64,000 nt of DNA from an uncultured Bacillota bacterium (GTDB taxonomy: Bacteria > Bacillota > Clostridia > Christensenellales > UBA1242), in NCBI GenBank assembly GCA_949296805.1, contig CASFPO010000045.1, positions 37,330-101,329 on the forward strand. Direction: 5' to 3'. The position numbers and the translations under genes are program-made. Of the stretch, positions 62,809 through 64,000 are shown in pieces; positions within the stretch are counted from its first letter, which is position 1; the number at the start of each line of letters is the position of its first letter. Below the pieces are notes generated by a model. That model was not told where the DNA came from and ran no database searches. It saw only the letters and a list, made by a program, of their open reading frames with translations.

Positions 62809-64000
62809 AAATATCTCCAAAAATTGAATAAAATTCATCTATTGTAATATAAACTGCCCGTTGTTTTGAGCCTTCAGCACTTGAAATATACCCTCTCTCT
62901 TCCATTTGGTCAACAATTCTTGCAGCTCTTGGATAGCCGATGGATAACTTTCGCTGAACCATAGTGGTAGAGGCAACACCGTTATCAATACAAATCTTTA
63001 ACGCCTGAGGAAGAAGTGGGTCTACCCCATTATTTTCTCCGCCACCATTAGTAGTCTTTCCAGGGTTATTGATGGCATTTATTGCCTCTTCGTCAAACAC
63101 TTCCTCATTATTTTGAATGATAAAGTTAACGATATCCTTTGTTTCTGGCGTATCTATAAAGCAACCTTGAAGTCTTGTTGGTTCAGCATCTGACGGTTTA
63201 TAGAGCATATCTCCATAGCCGAGCAGTTTTTCAGCCCCTGTGCAACCTAAAATAACCTCGCTATCCACCCTGCTTGCTACCTTAAATGCTATTCTTGATG
63301 GAAGGTTGCCTTTTAAAGTACCCGTAACTACATCTGTTGATGGTCTTTGAGTTGCCAAAATCAAGTGGATACCTGCAGCACGTGCCTTTTGAGCGATTCG
63401 CCTAATCTTATCTTCAATTTCATTTTTAGCAACTGCCATAAAGTCAGCAAATTCATCAAAAATTACCACTAAGTAAGGCATCTTTTTAACTTTGTTTTGC
63501 AAAACTTTGTCAAGCTTATTGTACTCACCGATATTTCTAACTCGCTCTTCTGAGATAAGTTTAAACCTTCGTTCCATCTCATCCACTGTCCACTGCAGAG
63601 CATTTACAGCTTTGGTTGGATCAGTGATAACTCTTGGAATAACTAAGTGAGGCAAGCCCTCATACATAGAAAGTTCTACTTGTTTTGGGTCTATCATTAT
63701 AAACTTAACATCGTCTGGCGAGGCTTTGTATAATATAGAGATGATTATTGAGTTTAAGCAAACACTTTTACCTGAGCCAGTAGTACCTGCAACTAAAAGA
63801 TGAGGCATCTTTTGAAGATTGCAAACTTTTACATTACCTGTAATATCTTTTCCAAGAGCAAAAGTTAGTGGCGATGGCGACAACGCAAACTCTTTAGCTT
63901 GCAGTACATCTTTTATTGATACCTTTGCTACTTTACTGTTTGGTACTTCTATACCAACAATACTTCGCCCTGGAATAGGTGCTTCAATTCTAATCTGACC
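62801..64000 (-). CDS. ftsK: DNA translocase FtsK/SpoIIIE, C-terminal motor and gamma domains (gene continues beyond the window end)
   Basis: The reading frame stays open to position 64000 (..GQIRIEAPIPGRSIVGIEVPN..). Walker A (GTTGSGKSV), Walker B (LVVIFDEFADF), LILATQRPS and a winged-helix gamma domain (STTMVQRKLSIGYPRAARIVDQME). Confidence 0.93.
   Translation of the reverse strand, partial: GQIRIEAPIPGRSIVGIEVPNSKVAKVSIKDVLQAKEFALSPSPLTFALGKDITGNVKVCNLQKMPHLLVAGTTGSGKSVCLNSIIISILYKASPDDVKFIMIDPKQVELSMYEGLPHLVIPRVITDPTKAVNALQWTVDEMERRFKLISEERVRNIGEYNKLDKVLQNKVKKMPYLVVIFDEFADFMAVAKNEIEDKIRRIAQKARAAGIHLILATQRPSTDVVTGTLKGNLPSRIAFKVASRVDSEVILGCTGAEKLLGYGDMLYKPSDAEPTRLQGCFIDTPETKDIVNFIIQNNEEVFDEEAINAINNPGKTTNGGGENNGVDPLLPQALKICIDNGVASTTMVQRKLSIGYPRAARIVDQMEERGYISSAEGSKQRAVYITIDEFYSIFGDIYD

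Noticed and set aside
1-64000. Search for CRISPR arrays, transposases, integrases, prophage or defence islands, and rRNA operons
   Set aside because: I saw no regularly spaced direct repeats, no recombinase or transposase-like ORFs, and no rRNA signatures. Apart from the small hairpin family and the four-way-junction element, the window reads as conserved core chromosome.

Overview
This is an AT-rich (about 30% GC by eye) 64-kb core-chromosome segment from a low-GC, apparently spore-forming Firmicute with Clostridia-like synteny. About 60 of roughly 68 genes lie on the minus strand, in tightly packed and often overlapping operons. The content is mainly housekeeping. Translation: frr, tsf, rpsB, rpmF, asnS, aspS, thrS, mnmA, miaA, miaB, rimO. 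Secretion: secDF, yajC, ftsY. Replication, repair and segregation: polA, rarA, ruvX, mutSL, recA, smc, scpAB, ftsK, rnhA, rnc. Lipid and acetate metabolism: plsX, pgsA, degV, pta-ackA. Sporulation-linked genes: sigK with a pro-sequence, a SpoIVFB-like M50 protease, and ytxC-, ylbJ-, spoIIM- and dacB-like genes. The RNA features I can support are RNase P RNA, one tRNA-Ser(GGA), and two T-box leaders (Asp specifier before aspS-asnS, Thr specifier before thrS), plus several consensus sigma-A promoters and intrinsic terminators. I saw no CRISPR array, transposase, integrase or obvious defence island. The most unusual items are: (1) a 98-nt four-way-junction palindrome with only Watson-Crick pairs, abutting the mnmA stop codon; (2) a tandem DAC (DisA_N)-like protein with a degenerate RHR motif next to sigK; (3) a membrane pseudo-cyclase/TPR gene and a zinc-ribbon/TM2 gene in one apparent operon with mnmA, the TM2 gene overlapping the mnmA start; (4) a free-standing FakA C-terminal-domain mini-gene; (5) an unannotated 43-aa Lys/Ser/Gly-rich micro-protein; (6) a small family of conserved CTATTATG..CATAATAG hairpins at gene 3' ends. 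All homology calls come from motif recognition by eye. No database search was run.
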